Positions 1 through 14,567 of a DNA stretch of 64,000 bases are shown one piece after another (position 1 is the stretch's first letter; each line of letters begins with the position of its first letter). The DNA comes from Octopus sinensis (lineage: Eukaryota): NCBI RefSeq assembly GCF_006345805.1, contig NC_043023.1, positions 2,356,001-2,420,000 of the forward strand. The letters are read 5' to 3'. The notes under the pieces were generated by a model. That model ran no database searches. It was not told where the DNA came from and saw nothing but the letters and a program-made list of their open reading frames with translations. Both the position numbers and the translations under genes were made by a program.

Positions 1-363
1 TTGTGACTAGCACAAACTGATTAGATTTTGGGATCGATCTGGAAAAGGACAAGGCTTCCAGATTATTTTACCATTTATTTTATTTTTACTTAATTTCTTG
101 AGAGCAGTCGGGTTCATTTTTATTATTCTCATTTGTGAGAGCAGTTGAGTTTATTTCAGATATTCTCATTTTAAAAATCATCTCTGGTTAATCATTGAGA
201 GGACATTGGTGTTGCCTTGACAGAGATTTGCACTCTCTGAGTGTTCTTGTTTTTAATGACAGCAAAAATAGTAGTAATAATGGTGGATGCCAAAGTTGAT
301 GTGGTGGTAGTCATGTCTGCCTTACTACTTAACAGGTAAATACATTTACGATCCAAAAGTTTA

Positions 364-634
364 TCTCTTATTATAAAAGGCAGATTTTATCTGCCTCCCT
401 TTGGGAGTTATACAAATCTACAATATAGGATTTCTTCAATTACAATTTACCTAGCATTTTTAAGAGTACAATGCATCGCGTCATGCCAGGTCCAGTTTTT
501 AAAATTTAAACTCCAATTAAGCAAAATTTACAGAAAACTCACATTCTGGTATGTGTGTCAAATGCTTTTCTTAGTCTGGTTTACACCACACGCAAACGCA
601 CACACACAGTGGGCAACGAATAAAGTGAAACTAG
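364..634 (+). mobile_element. Possible short non-autonomous Helitron
   Basis: Starts a|TCTCTTATTATAAAAGG and ends in CTAG at 631-634. The 3' hairpin is not clear. Confidence 0.35.
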
Positions 635-836
635 ATGTAATATTTGTTTCTCTCTATCACGCTGATAGATACATGAGTAAAATGTATGGGAAGCTAACAC
701 ATAAGTGTGAGTGAAAATGTTCTTGGAAGAGAGTAAATAGCCAGAGATAGTGATTTGAGGAAGACTTACATTAAATAACCGTAGTGGCTTGTGTTAGTAA
801 TAAAGTAAACATACACTCATACATACATACATACAT

Positions 837-867
<31 letters not shown>

Positions 868-1191
868 TACATACATACATACATACACACACACATACAT
901 ACACACATACATACATACATACATATACATACATACATATACATACACACACACACATACACACACACACAGTATTGAAGCTTGAGAACAATCAGATACA
1001 TTTGCAACACATCTGTTGAAAATATTATTGTTCACACACATACATATACATATATACATACAGACAGACAGACAGATAGACACACACACACACACACATG
1101 ATCCAGCATGGCCACAACCTCAAGGCTGAAACATATAAAAGAATAACAGAATATAAATGTGTGCATGTGTGTGAGAGAGAGAGTGTGTGTG

Positions 1192-1223
<32 letters not shown>

Positions 1224-1234
1224 TATATATATAA

Positions 1235-1666
1235 TAATGCGGTTTTTTCAACAGCTTGAACTAAAAGTCAGAGGGGAATGGGATAAACTACTTATATTAA
1301 CTTGCTATAAAAGCAGGTAGTAATTTTATCTTGTCCTTATTCATAGTGCAAGTTTTGAAGAGTGCATTTCGATTTTAACAGCTATTTTTTTCAAAGCTAT
1401 ATTGGAACAGCCTAGAAGACGAGCCTCATCCTGAAAGATCTGTAGAACTCGACAAGGACATCCTGAAAACCCTGGTGGAACAAAATCTCATCGTAACTGT
1501 TGAGGAACTAGCAGAGAAGCTTGGATTTGGTCATTCAACCATTCATTGAGACCTGTGTGCTATCGGAAAAGTCAGCAAATTGGGTCAATGGGTTCCTCAC
1601 GAACTTTCCGAGTCTAATTGCATGCAGAGAGTGAATGTATGCTTTTCTTTGCTGTCACATCTCACC
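1235..1666 (+). mobile_element. Mariner transposase fragment (HTH/WVPHEL region), pseudogenised and truncated
   Basis: 1407-1666 translates to SLEDEPHPERSVELDKDILKTLVEQNLIVTVEELAEKLGFGHSTIH*DLCAIGKVSKLGQWVPHELSESNCMQRVNVCFSLL. It contains the mariner WVPHEL motif and an in-frame stop. Confidence 0.9.
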
Positions 1667-1684
1667 ACTACTGCGCTATGTATA

Positions 1685-2219
1685 TCTATATATATAAAAC
1701 TGTAGTTGTGTGAGTGTCTGTCCCCTTCGATTTAGATTCCTAACTACTCCCACATTTTGCGGTGCAGTTTAACCAAATTCGGGTATCTTATAGTCGTGAT
1801 TCATATTGAGCCCGTCTGAGTATTAGCGTGCGTCTACGATGAGTCTACGATTTTAAAAATAATTTAACATCATTTTTTATTCCATTTTAATGCATAATTT
1901 TTCGTGTGTCGATGGCGGCGGAGTTGGCGTCCACGCTCACACCTGCACCTGTGGGGAAGAGAGTGTAAGGAAATCAACGTCGTAATGCGTTGTCAAGGAG
2001 ACCAGCGTTCTTTTAGAACAACGACTTCATGGCTTGAAGACACCAAAACAGAAATGGCTAAGAAAGCGTCTACATGAGTCAACGATTTTTCAAAAAATTT
2101 ACCCTCATCTTTTTTCCATTTTTAATGCATTTTTTGCTATTTTTTGGCTATAACTCTCTAAAAATGCTTATATAGTTATTTCCCTTACAAACCCGAGCAA
2201 CGCCGGGCGATACTGCTAG
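1685..2219 (+). mobile_element. Non-autonomous Helitron
   Basis: A|TCTATATATATAAAA 5' end, subterminal GC hairpin CCCGAGCAACGCCGGG, and CTAG|T 3' end, i.e. inserted in an AT dinucleotide. Confidence 0.8.
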
Positions 2220-2249
2220 TCAAAGAATATTTATAGCAATAAATTATTT

Positions 2250-3625
2250 GACTGTTAACAGTTGGAGTGGTCATGCATGGAACACTCTTGATCACACATC
2301 TACTGAATCAGGACTGAACTGGGGGCTAAACGACATATAACCACTAATACTTACTACTACACTGTACATAAGATTATGTAGTCCTAGATAGACTATGGCT
2401 GTATAAAAGATGGTATGATCACAGCTGGAACATCTTTGATCATAAGTCTATCTGGATCAGGACTGACCTGGGGTTAAACAACAACTACTATAGCCACTAA
2501 TACAAACTATTACATTATACATTAGATAGTGTTTTCCTAGATACACTTTGTCTGAATAAAAGGTGGGGTGGTCACATAAAGATTGTCTTTGATTATAGGT
2601 CTGCTGGGTTAGGACTGACCTGGGGTTAAACAATGACAGCTATAACCACTATGACTAACTATTATATAGAACATTAGATAATGTTGTCCTAGATACACTA
2701 TGCCTGAATAGATGATAGAACAGTCAAAGCTGGAATGTCGTTGATCATAGGTCTCTTTGCTGGATCAGGACTGACCTGGGGCTAAACAACAATAGCAGTC
2801 CGTAATCCTAATTACAATACTATACATTAGATAATGTCGTCTTAGATACACTATGCCTGAATAATAGATGGGATGGTCACAGCTGGAACATCTTTGATCA
2901 TAGGTCAACTGGATCAGGACTAACCTGGTGTTAAACCACAACAAGTGCTATAGCCATTAATACTAACTACTGTACTGTACATTAGACAATGTAGTCCTAG
3001 ATACACTATGCCAGAATAAAAGGTGGGATGGTCACATAAAGATCATATTTGATTGTAGATCTGCTGGATTAGGACTGACCTAGGGTTAAACAATGACAGC
3101 TATAACCTCTATGACTAACTATTATATAGTACATTAGATAATGTAGTCCTAGATACACTATGCCTGAATAAATGATAGAATAGTCAAAGCTGGAATGTTG
3201 TTGATCATGGGTCTCTTTGCTGGATCAGGACTGACCTGGGGCTAAACAACAACAACAGTCCCTAATCCTAATTACAATACTATACATTCGATAATGTAGT
3301 CCTAGGTACTCTATGTCTGAATAAAATATGGGATGGTCACAACTGGAGCATCTTTGAACACAGGTCTCCTGGATCAGGACTGACCTTGGGCTAAACAACA
3401 ATAACAATTATAGCCACTAATAGTAACTACTATACTATACATTAAATAATATAGTCCAAGGTATACTTTGCCAGAATAAAGATGTGATGGTCACAGTTGG
3501 AACACATTTGATCGTAGGTCTCTCTCTGTTGCATCAGGTCTGACCTGGGGCTAAACACCATCAACAGCTATAACCACTAATACTAACTACTATTCTGTAC
3601 ATTAGATAATGTACTCCTAGATACA
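2250..3625 (+). repeat. Tandem array of nine ~153-bp monomers with trimeric higher-order structure
   Basis: The anchor AGGACTGACCTGGGG occurs at 2310, 2459, 2611, 2767, 2916, 3071, 3227, 3376 and 3536. Confidence 0.9.
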
Positions 3626-3829
3626 CGATGACGAAATTCTCTTCCAGTCATTATTATGTCACTCTGCAGAACGTTCCTATAATTATTCCGGAGTTTCTTC
3701 TCCGCTGCTTACCAATTTATGGGAGATTAATGGAACAGGAGACATACGGACAGACAGATGGATACTTTGGCTGGTTGGTTGGTTGGTTGGTGGGTGGGTG
3801 GAATGGAATGGATTGAAAGACACATTGGT

Positions 3830-7504
<3,675 letters not shown>

Positions 7505-7516
7505 ATTTATATATAC

Positions 7517-7703
7517 AGGTGGCACGTAAAAAGCACCCACTACACTCGCGGAGTGGTTGGCGTTTGGAAGGGCATCCAGCTGTAGAAACACTGCCAGATC
7601 AGACTGGAGCCTGGTGCAGCCCTGGCATCCCAGACCACGGTCGAACCGTCCAACCCGTGCTAGCGCAGAAAACGGACGTTAAACGATGATGACGATGATG
7701 ATG
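7517..7703 (+). mobile_element. RTE-tail repeat, family C (ends AACCCRTGCTAGC...CGTTAAACGATGATGAT)
   Basis: The same sequence follows an RTE ORF C-terminus at 23805-24375. Other copies lie at about 15770-16110, 28780-29130, 39420-39770(-), 46097-46400(-) and 58655-58790(-). Confidence 0.75.
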
Positions 7704-7942
7704 CATGTATATACAGTGTATATATATATATATATATATAGTATTTGGGGTCCTACGTGCCTCCTGTTCTCCTTTTTTGGTGTCTGACTGATGTTTCTTG
7801 CACTGTTCTATACTGTAATGTGTTGTTACCTATACTGTCTTCTATGATATTTATGTATATTGCCAATTTTTGGTTATATATACATACATACATACACACA
7901 TATATACAAAATATATATATACATACGTATATATAGGAGGAC

Positions 7943-8140
7943 AATTATATGTCTGGTCATATGGTGACCAATGGTTTCACATCCATAAAGTACTTAGGCA
8001 TATAAATGACTCATCAGACTCCAGTGCCTGTGGTCATATAATCCCATGTCCATGTCCACTGGAGCCTGACGAGTTGTCTTTAAGGCTAAGCACTTTATGG
8101 ATCTGAAGCTATTCGTCACTCTATGACCAGCCATATAATT
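7943..8140. repeat. ~198-bp imperfect palindrome (MITE-like fold-back)
   Basis: AATTATATGTCTGGTCATA...TATGACCAGCCATATAATT. The ~55-bp outer arms pair with about 8 mismatches, and the inner arms are GACTCATCAGACTCCAGTG / CACTGGAGCCTGACGAGTT. Confidence 0.8.
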
Positions 8141-8395
8141 AACTTATTAATTCATTACTGCACTAACACTTATAGTATGCTTCACTTTGGATATATGAGC
8201 TTCTGACAATGGCTCTAGCTCTCTTCCACATGCACATACATACTTTCTCATACACACACATGCGCACCTTCATTTTGGGATCACCATTACTTTATTATTT
8301 CCCTTTCTTCCTAGCTCTCCTGTGTGACCCTTCTGTCCGGCATTCGCCATGATAGATCGCTAGCCACTACACATTCTTTATTCTCTCTCCTTGTT

Positions 8396-8433
8396 TCTTT
8401 CTGTGGAAGAGCATAGGCTCGAAACGTAAAAGA
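8396..8433 (+). ncRNA. Minimal type I hammerhead ribozyme candidate (core variant CUGUGGA) in a PLE-type terminal repeat (~8170-8520)
   Basis: UCUUU-CUGUGGA-A-GAGC(AUAG)GCUC-GAAAC-GUA-AAAGA. Helix I has 5 bp, helix II 4 bp, and helix III is the palindrome ACGU. Confidence 0.55.
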
Positions 8434-8734
8434 TGTTTTTGAATTCCTGAGCGTTATACTAATACATCTGTTTGTTGTCTACACCACCGTCTTTGTATTT
8501 TGTTTTTTCATAAACTCTCCCTATATATATATATATATATATATATAAAAGTAGATAAATGGTACAACGAAGTACCAATATTTACTGGAAAATATCGATC
8601 GTAATAAATAAGACGCTATTGTATAGCTTCACTGCGTATGTACTAGCAAAGACGTGTGTGTGCAACAAACATGAAAAAAATTTGTCTTACCTCTAGGAAG
8701 AACATCTGAAAAATGGAAAACCTAGAATCGGATA

Positions 8735-8805
8735 ATGCAGGACCGGTTTCAGACTCTTCAAATATGTTTGACAACGTAGATTTGATTAGTCTTCATCAGC
8801 TGCAT
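8735..8805 (-). ncRNA. Type I hammerhead ribozyme, canonical core
   Basis: Minus strand AUGCAG-CUGAUGA-AGACU...AGUCU-GAAA-CCGGU-C/CUGCAU. Helix I has 6 bp, helix II 5 bp plus an inner UCAAAU/AUUUGA helix, and helix III is the palindrome ACCGGU with a GUC cleavage triplet. Confidence 0.85.
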
Positions 8806-9151
8806 ATACCTCGACAAAATTTCAAATGTTGCCACATCAATACCAGTATACTCGTCTGAACACCAAAACATTAACAGAAAGATAACAGTGAAGAAGTTTC
8901 AATGAAAATAGTAATGCAATACGAAAGTATTGCTTTCCAGTAAAGGATAGCCCGTGAGGGTAAAATTATACATATCAAAGTAAATAAATTAATATATATT
9001 TATTTATATCATAAATAATATTTAATTATATCTTATGGATATAATGAGGTGGTCTCATAAAATGCACGTCATGCTGAAACATATGTAGCAATATATTAGT
9101 AAAAGTATAAAGTCACCATTAGTGAGGTATTTCTTGCTATTAATGTATTCT

Positions 9152-9532
9152 TTTCCTCTTTTGTTCCAGTCATTTGACTGCGGCCATGCTGGAGCACTAC
9201 CTTTTTAGTTAAACAAATCAACCCTAGGACTTATTCTTTGTAAGGCTAGTATTTATTCCATTGCTGTTGTTTGCCAAACTGCTAAGTTACTGGGATGTAA
9301 ACGCACCAACATTGGTTGTCAAGTGATGATGGAGAGACAAACACACACACACACATATATATATATATACGGTAGGCTTCTTTCAGTTTCCATCTACCAA
9401 ATCCACTCACAAGTCTTTTGCCAGCCCTAGACTATAGTAAAAGTTATTTGCTGAAGATGCCACACAGTGGGACTGAACACAGAACCATGTGGTTGGGAAG
9501 CAAGCTACTTACTACACAGCCACTCCTGCACC
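9152..9532 (-). mobile_element. SINE family A
   Basis: Reverse complement of the family A head and tail. Confidence 0.8.
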
Positions 9533-9765
9533 TATATATATATAATGGGCTTCATTCAGTTTCCATCTATTAAATTCACTCAGAAGATTTTGGTGAGCTT
9601 TTGGGGTTGCAGTAGAAGATACATGCCCAAGGTCCTACACAGCGTGATTGAACCAGTGATCACATGGTTAGGAAACAATTATACACATACACAGATATAG
9701 TTGTCGATAGATAGATAAATAGATACAAATATATATATATATGTGTGTGTGTATATATATATATA

Positions 9766-9910
9766 TACATTATTTACATTTGACAGATTTTTGTCCTCAT
9801 CTTTTTTGTTGTTAACACAATGTTTCGTCTGATGTACTCACCAGCCTTCATCAGGTGTTCTGGGAGTATTTCGAACATGGGTCCTCATTCCTAAGGTATT
9901 TTTCCAATGT
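9766..9910 (-). mobile_element. Short hammerhead-carrying PLE-type repeat (decayed HHR at 9814-9859)
   Basis: Minus strand AACAC-CUGAUGA-AGGCUG...CAGAC-GAAAC-AUU-GUGUU. Paralogues lie at 10568-10715(+) and 17843-17995(+). Confidence 0.7.
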
Positions 9911-9911
9911 T

Positions 9912-10460
9912 ATTATTATTACTATTATTATCATTATTATTATTCAGTAGTTTTATTTTTATAGCGTGCTTTCACTTCACTACCAAGCGCAGCTCTGTGT
10001 GCCTTGGGTATGTGCTGTGGTTTGCTGTGATGCTCTGACGGTTACTGTATTGAAAGTTTTTTGCATAGGATGGGTGCATTGCCTAGTAGTGCAATTTTCT
10101 GTATGTTATATGTGTTTGTAAGTCCTGGTGGTTTTGTTATGCATTAATCTGAATATTTTTTATCATGCCTAATGCGCCTACTATGAAAGGAATTGTTTCT
10201 GTTTTTAGATTCCACATTCGAGTTACCTCTGTTTCCAGGTCTTTGTATTTTGAAAGTTTCTCCATTCCTTTTAGAGAAACGTTGTCATCTGTTGGTATTG
10301 ATACATCAATTAGAAAGCAACTTTTTTCTTCATGATCTCTGACAACTATATCTGGTCTGTTGGCCTTAATTTCTCTATCTGTGTGTATTGGCATATCCCA
10401 GAGTATGGTTGCTTTCTCATTTTCTGTGACCTTTTCTGGTGTGTGTGGTGTGTGCTTATT
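9912..10460 (-). mobile_element. 3' end of an R4/Dong-like non-LTR retrotransposon (restriction-like endonuclease domain and 3' UTR)
   Basis: PEKVTENEKATILWDMPIHTDREIKANRPDIVV...FLIDVSIP...EKLSKYKDLE...IPFIVGALG is a PD-(D/E)xK RLE motif, followed by an (AAT)n tail. Confidence 0.85.
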
Positions 10461-10499
10461 ATTATTATTATTATTATTATTATGGGTATTATTATTATT

Positions 10500-10572
10500 A
10501 TTCAGATCACTGCTTGGAACTGAATTCGGAATCTTGGGGTTTGTAGCCCGCACTCTTAACCACTACGCCCAG
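10500..10572 (-). mobile_element. Short tRNA-like SINE with (AAT)n tail
   Basis: Minus strand GGGCGTAGTGGTTAAGAGTGCGGGCTACAAACCCCAAGATTCCGAATTCAGTTCC...AATAATAAT, with A- and B-box-like segments. Confidence 0.55.
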
Positions 10573-10712
10573 GTTCGCAGGGCACCTGATGAAGGCTGGA
10601 GAGTACATCAGCCAAAATGTTGTGTTAACAACAAACAAGATGAGGACAAATATTCCTCAAATGTAAATAATGAAAATAATGTACATAACTCCTCGTCTCT
10701 CAAACACATATA

Positions 10713-10715
<3 letters not shown>
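10568..10715 (+). mobile_element. Short hammerhead-carrying PLE-type repeat (decayed HHR at 10583-10624)
   Basis: CAC-CUGAUGA-AGGCUG...CAGCC-AAAAU-GUU-GUG. GAAAC has become AAAAU, explicable by two CpG-type transitions. Confidence 0.7.
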
Positions 10716-10764
<49 letters not shown>

Positions 10765-10860
10765 GGTCCCGGGTTGAGTCAGGGTTAACCACAGTAAATA
10801 AGGTACTCAATACATAGCAGAGTAAATTAATTTATTCTATAGAAGGAGCTTCTACAGGAC

Positions 10861-10900
10861 TAGAACTGATGATTTCATTTGAATGAAACAGTTTTAGTCC
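10861..10900 (+). ncRNA. Hammerhead-like motif at the centre of a ~95-bp fold-back (10831-10926)
   Basis: AA-CUGAUGA-UUUCAUUUGAAU-GAAAC-A-GUU-UUAGUCC, with long flanking inverted arms. Confidence 0.5.
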
Positions 10901-10921
10901 TGTAGAAGCTTCTTCTATAAA

Positions 10922-10962
<41 letters not shown>

Positions 10963-11063
10963 CAATAAAAGGCTTCCAAATAGGGAAGCGTTGTGCTAGA
11001 ACACAAAAAGGGATAAATTCATGAAAGGAATGAAAATTAAAAACAGTTACCATCTCAACTATA

Positions 11064-11140
11064 TCCCAGACCGACGGTTTCTACCTATTTCTAGCAAACA
11101 AAGAAAATATATTTGCCAAAGGCCAGTTTCTTCAGTGGGA
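11064..11140 (-). ncRNA. Type I hammerhead ribozyme, canonical core, extended helix II
   Basis: Minus strand UCCCA-CUGAAGA-[47 nt including UGGCAAA/UUUGCUA]-GAAA-CCG-U-CGGU-C/UGGGA, with a GUC triplet. Confidence 0.8.
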
Positions 11141-11314
11141 CAGCCTTAATAATCCTGATGCACAGACTGTTAGAAGCACACTTTTTTTTCAAAACTCTGT
11201 GCAGACGCAAACAATACCAGGCGACAGAGAGGATGCCGGTAAAAAATTTACGAACAAATTCATCAAACAATATTTATCAAACAATTTTATTATGTTCATA
11301 TATATATATGTATG

Positions 11315-11717
11315 AGGCACAGGAGTGGCTGTGTGGTAAGTAGCTTGCTAACCAACCACATGGTTCTGGGTTCAGTCCCACTGTGTGGCATCTTAGGCAA
11401 GTGTCTTCTGCTATAGCCCCGGGCCGACCAATGCCTTGTGAGTGGATTTGGTAGACAGAAACTGAAAGAAGCTTGTCATATATATGTATATATATATATG
11501 TGTGTGTTTGTGTGTCTGTGTTTGTCCCCCTAGCATTACTTGACAACCGATGCTGGTGTGTTTACATCCCCGTCACCTAGCGGTTCGGCAAAAGAGACCG
11601 ATAGAATAAGTACTGGGCTTACAAAGAATAAGTCCCGGGGTCGATTTGCTCGACTACAGGCAGTGCTCCAGCATGGCCGCAGTCAAATGACTGAAACAAG
11701 TAAAAGAGTAAAGAGTA
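11315..11717 (+). mobile_element. SINE family A, full length
   Basis: Complete head, internal microsatellite and tail. Confidence 0.9.
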
Positions 11718-11719
<2 letters not shown>

Positions 11720-11782
<63 letters not shown>

Positions 11783-12440
11783 GAGAGAGAGAGAGAGAAA
11801 CAGATAGACAGATAGGCAGATATAGTGAAAACACCAAAATCTAAGCAGACTGTAAGTTGTCTGTGCAAGGGTAAATTGCATTTATCTGTTAATTGTGAAG
11901 TTTCTCCAGATTGTCTGTTGCTGCCAGAAGTTCCGCATGGCATACAGGTTAATAAACACACACACATGTACACATTCATATATACTCTTGTATACATGCA
12001 CACACAGACGTGCATGTGTGTGTAAAATAAATTATAGGCATACATGTATATATATACATGTATAAAAATATACATGAATATATACATGGAAGTATATATA
12101 TATATATATGTATTTATATATGTATATATATATATGCATATGTATTTATATCATATATGTGAGTGTGTGGGTGTGTATATATATACATATACACACACAT
12201 GTATGTGTATATATATATATATATATATGTATGTATATGTATACATACACACATATATATACACATATCTAATATATATGTGAGTGTGTGTGTGTATATA
12301 TACACTCGCATACACACATATATATATACATATACACATACACATAAATATGCATATATATATATGTATATACATACATGTATATATATATACATATATG
12401 TATATATATATGTATATACATACATATATATTATGTGTAT

Positions 12441-12482
<42 letters not shown>

Positions 12483-12524
12483 CATACATGTATATATATA
12501 TGTATATATATACATATATGTATA

Positions 12525-12564
<40 letters not shown>

Positions 12565-12643
12565 TATCTCTACCTCTCTTTTTCTGTCTCTGTCTTTCTC
12601 TTCCTCTATTTCTTTCTTTCTCTCTCCCCTTCTCTCTCGCTCA

Positions 12644-12708
<65 letters not shown>

Positions 12709-13464
12709 CACAGTATCAATATATATATCACAAATGACACTTCGACATCTTCAAAGAAGATTACATTTTTGAAGAAAATTGAATCACTGGTGGAGTAGAG
12801 GGGGCGGGTAGACTAGAGCAGGTGGGGAGTGACTGTCTAGAACAATCTCTGTGGAGTAGCTGCTGTGATAATAATGATGGTGGTGGTGGTGGTGGTGTTA
12901 GGAGATGGTGGTAGTGGAGGTGGTGATGGGGATAGTGGTGGAGATGGTAGCGATGATAGGGGTGGTGGTGTTGGTGGTGATGGTAGTCATGGTGGCAGTG
13001 GTGATTTTTGATGATGATGATGATGAGGAAATCACTGGTAAGAGAAAATATGACAGTGATGTTGATGGTGATGATGATGATGATGATGATGGTGATGATG
13101 TGACAATGAAATCGATAATTGGGAAAATGATAATGAAGACAAAAATGATGATGATGATGGTGATAATGATGTCTTCGATGATGATGGTGGTGATGGAGGC
13201 GGTGATTATAAGAATAATGATGTGTATAATAGTGATGATGATGGTGATGATGAAGGCGATTGTGGTGGTGTTGGTGGTGTTGGTGGTGATGATGATGATG
13301 GAAACTAATTATGATGATGTTTGAGGCTTGTATGATGATGATGATGATGATAATGAGTGAGGTTGATCATCATGATGATGATGGTGATTGGGGTGGTGAT
13401 GATGATTGTGACAATGATGATGATGATGGTGGTGATTGTGGTGGTGTTGGTGGTGATGATGATG

Positions 13465-13496
<32 letters not shown>

Positions 13497-13660
13497 GATG
13501 AGGGAGGTTGATCATGATGATGATGATTGTAACAATGATGATGATGTTGGTGGTGATGATGACAACGATGATGATGATGATGATGATGATGATTATGATG
13601 ATAGTGATGCTGATGAGAGTATTGATGATGATGAAAGCAAAGTCGTTTGTCGTTTTATCT
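11720..13660. repeat. (TA)n/(CA)n block followed by a (GAT)n/(GGT)n trinucleotide block (12860-13640)
   Basis: Direct inspection. Confidence 0.9.
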
Positions 13661-13748
13661 GAAGCAGTCTTCCTCACGTGTGTCTAAGTTTCTCTAAAAG
13701 TAATAGAATACAAAACTGCTTTATCACTTATCTCACTTTTATAGAATA

Positions 13749-14541
13749 CTAGCAGTATCGCCCAGCATTGCTCGCGTTTGTTTCGACCCTTTAGAATTGG
13801 AATTTTTGAAAATTAAAAATTTTGCATTATGTAGCTTGTTATTCTCTTTAAGTGAACATTTTTCTGGTTGAAATACACCGAAAAATGGCAACACAGTAGT
13901 AAAAAAATCGTAAAAAAATAGGGATTTTCATAGAAAAAAAGCACCTTTTTGATGTAAATAATTTTTGGTGTTAACATGGTCTGATTTGAATTTTTTCTTC
14001 TACGGAAGGAAGAGCAAGCCTTCTTCTATCATACTCTCAATTTTGGTCAACTTGTGCTGCAGGGTCTTGGAGGAGATAGTGTTAGTTGAAGGCTACCAAA
14101 CCTGCCATACACAGACAATTTCAGCTTTATATGTAGAGAGATTTATTTACTAGCTGTATTGCCCGGTGTTGCTCGGGTTTGTTTCGACCCTTTAGAATTG
14201 GAATTTTTGAAAAGTAAAAATTTTGCATGATGTAGCTTGTTATTCTCTTTAAGTGAACATTTTTCTGGTTGAAATACACCGAAAAATGGTGACACAGCAG
14301 TCAAAAAATCGTAAAAAATAGGGATTTTCATAGAAAAAAGCACCTTTTTGATGTAAATAATTTTTGGTGTTAACATGGTCCGATTTGAATCTTTTCTTCT
14401 ACGGAAGGAAGAGCAAGTCTTCTTCTATCATACTCTCAATTTTGGTCAACTTGCACCACAAGGGTCTTGGAGGAGATAGTGTTAGTTGAAGGCTACCAAA
14501 CCTGCCATACACAGACAACTTCAGCTTTATATATAGAGAGA
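13749..14541 (-). mobile_element. Two head-to-tail ~392-bp non-autonomous Helitrons (13749-14141 and 14150-14541)
   Basis: On the minus strand each starts A|TCTCTCTA(C/T)ATATAAAG and ends with a GC hairpin plus CTAG|T. Confidence 0.85.
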
Positions 14542-14567
14542 TTTAAACAATGCTTGTGAGGGCGCGT

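Noticed and set aside
2250-3625. 153-bp tandem array as a retrozyme or CRISPR-like array
   Set aside because: There is no CUGANGA/GAAA core on either strand, and the whole monomer is repeated, so there are no unique spacers.
8060-8110. CTGACGAG inside the palindrome as a hammerhead core
   Set aside because: No downstream GAAA-helix III-UH.
9040-9092. GAAAC-ATAT-GTA hammerhead 3' half
   Set aside because: No core box or helix I upstream, so it is counted only as a half motif.
11895-11960. Micro-exon candidate (CCAG|ATTGTC...TACAG|GTTAAT)
   Set aside because: Splice-like sites alone are insufficient and there are no linked exons.
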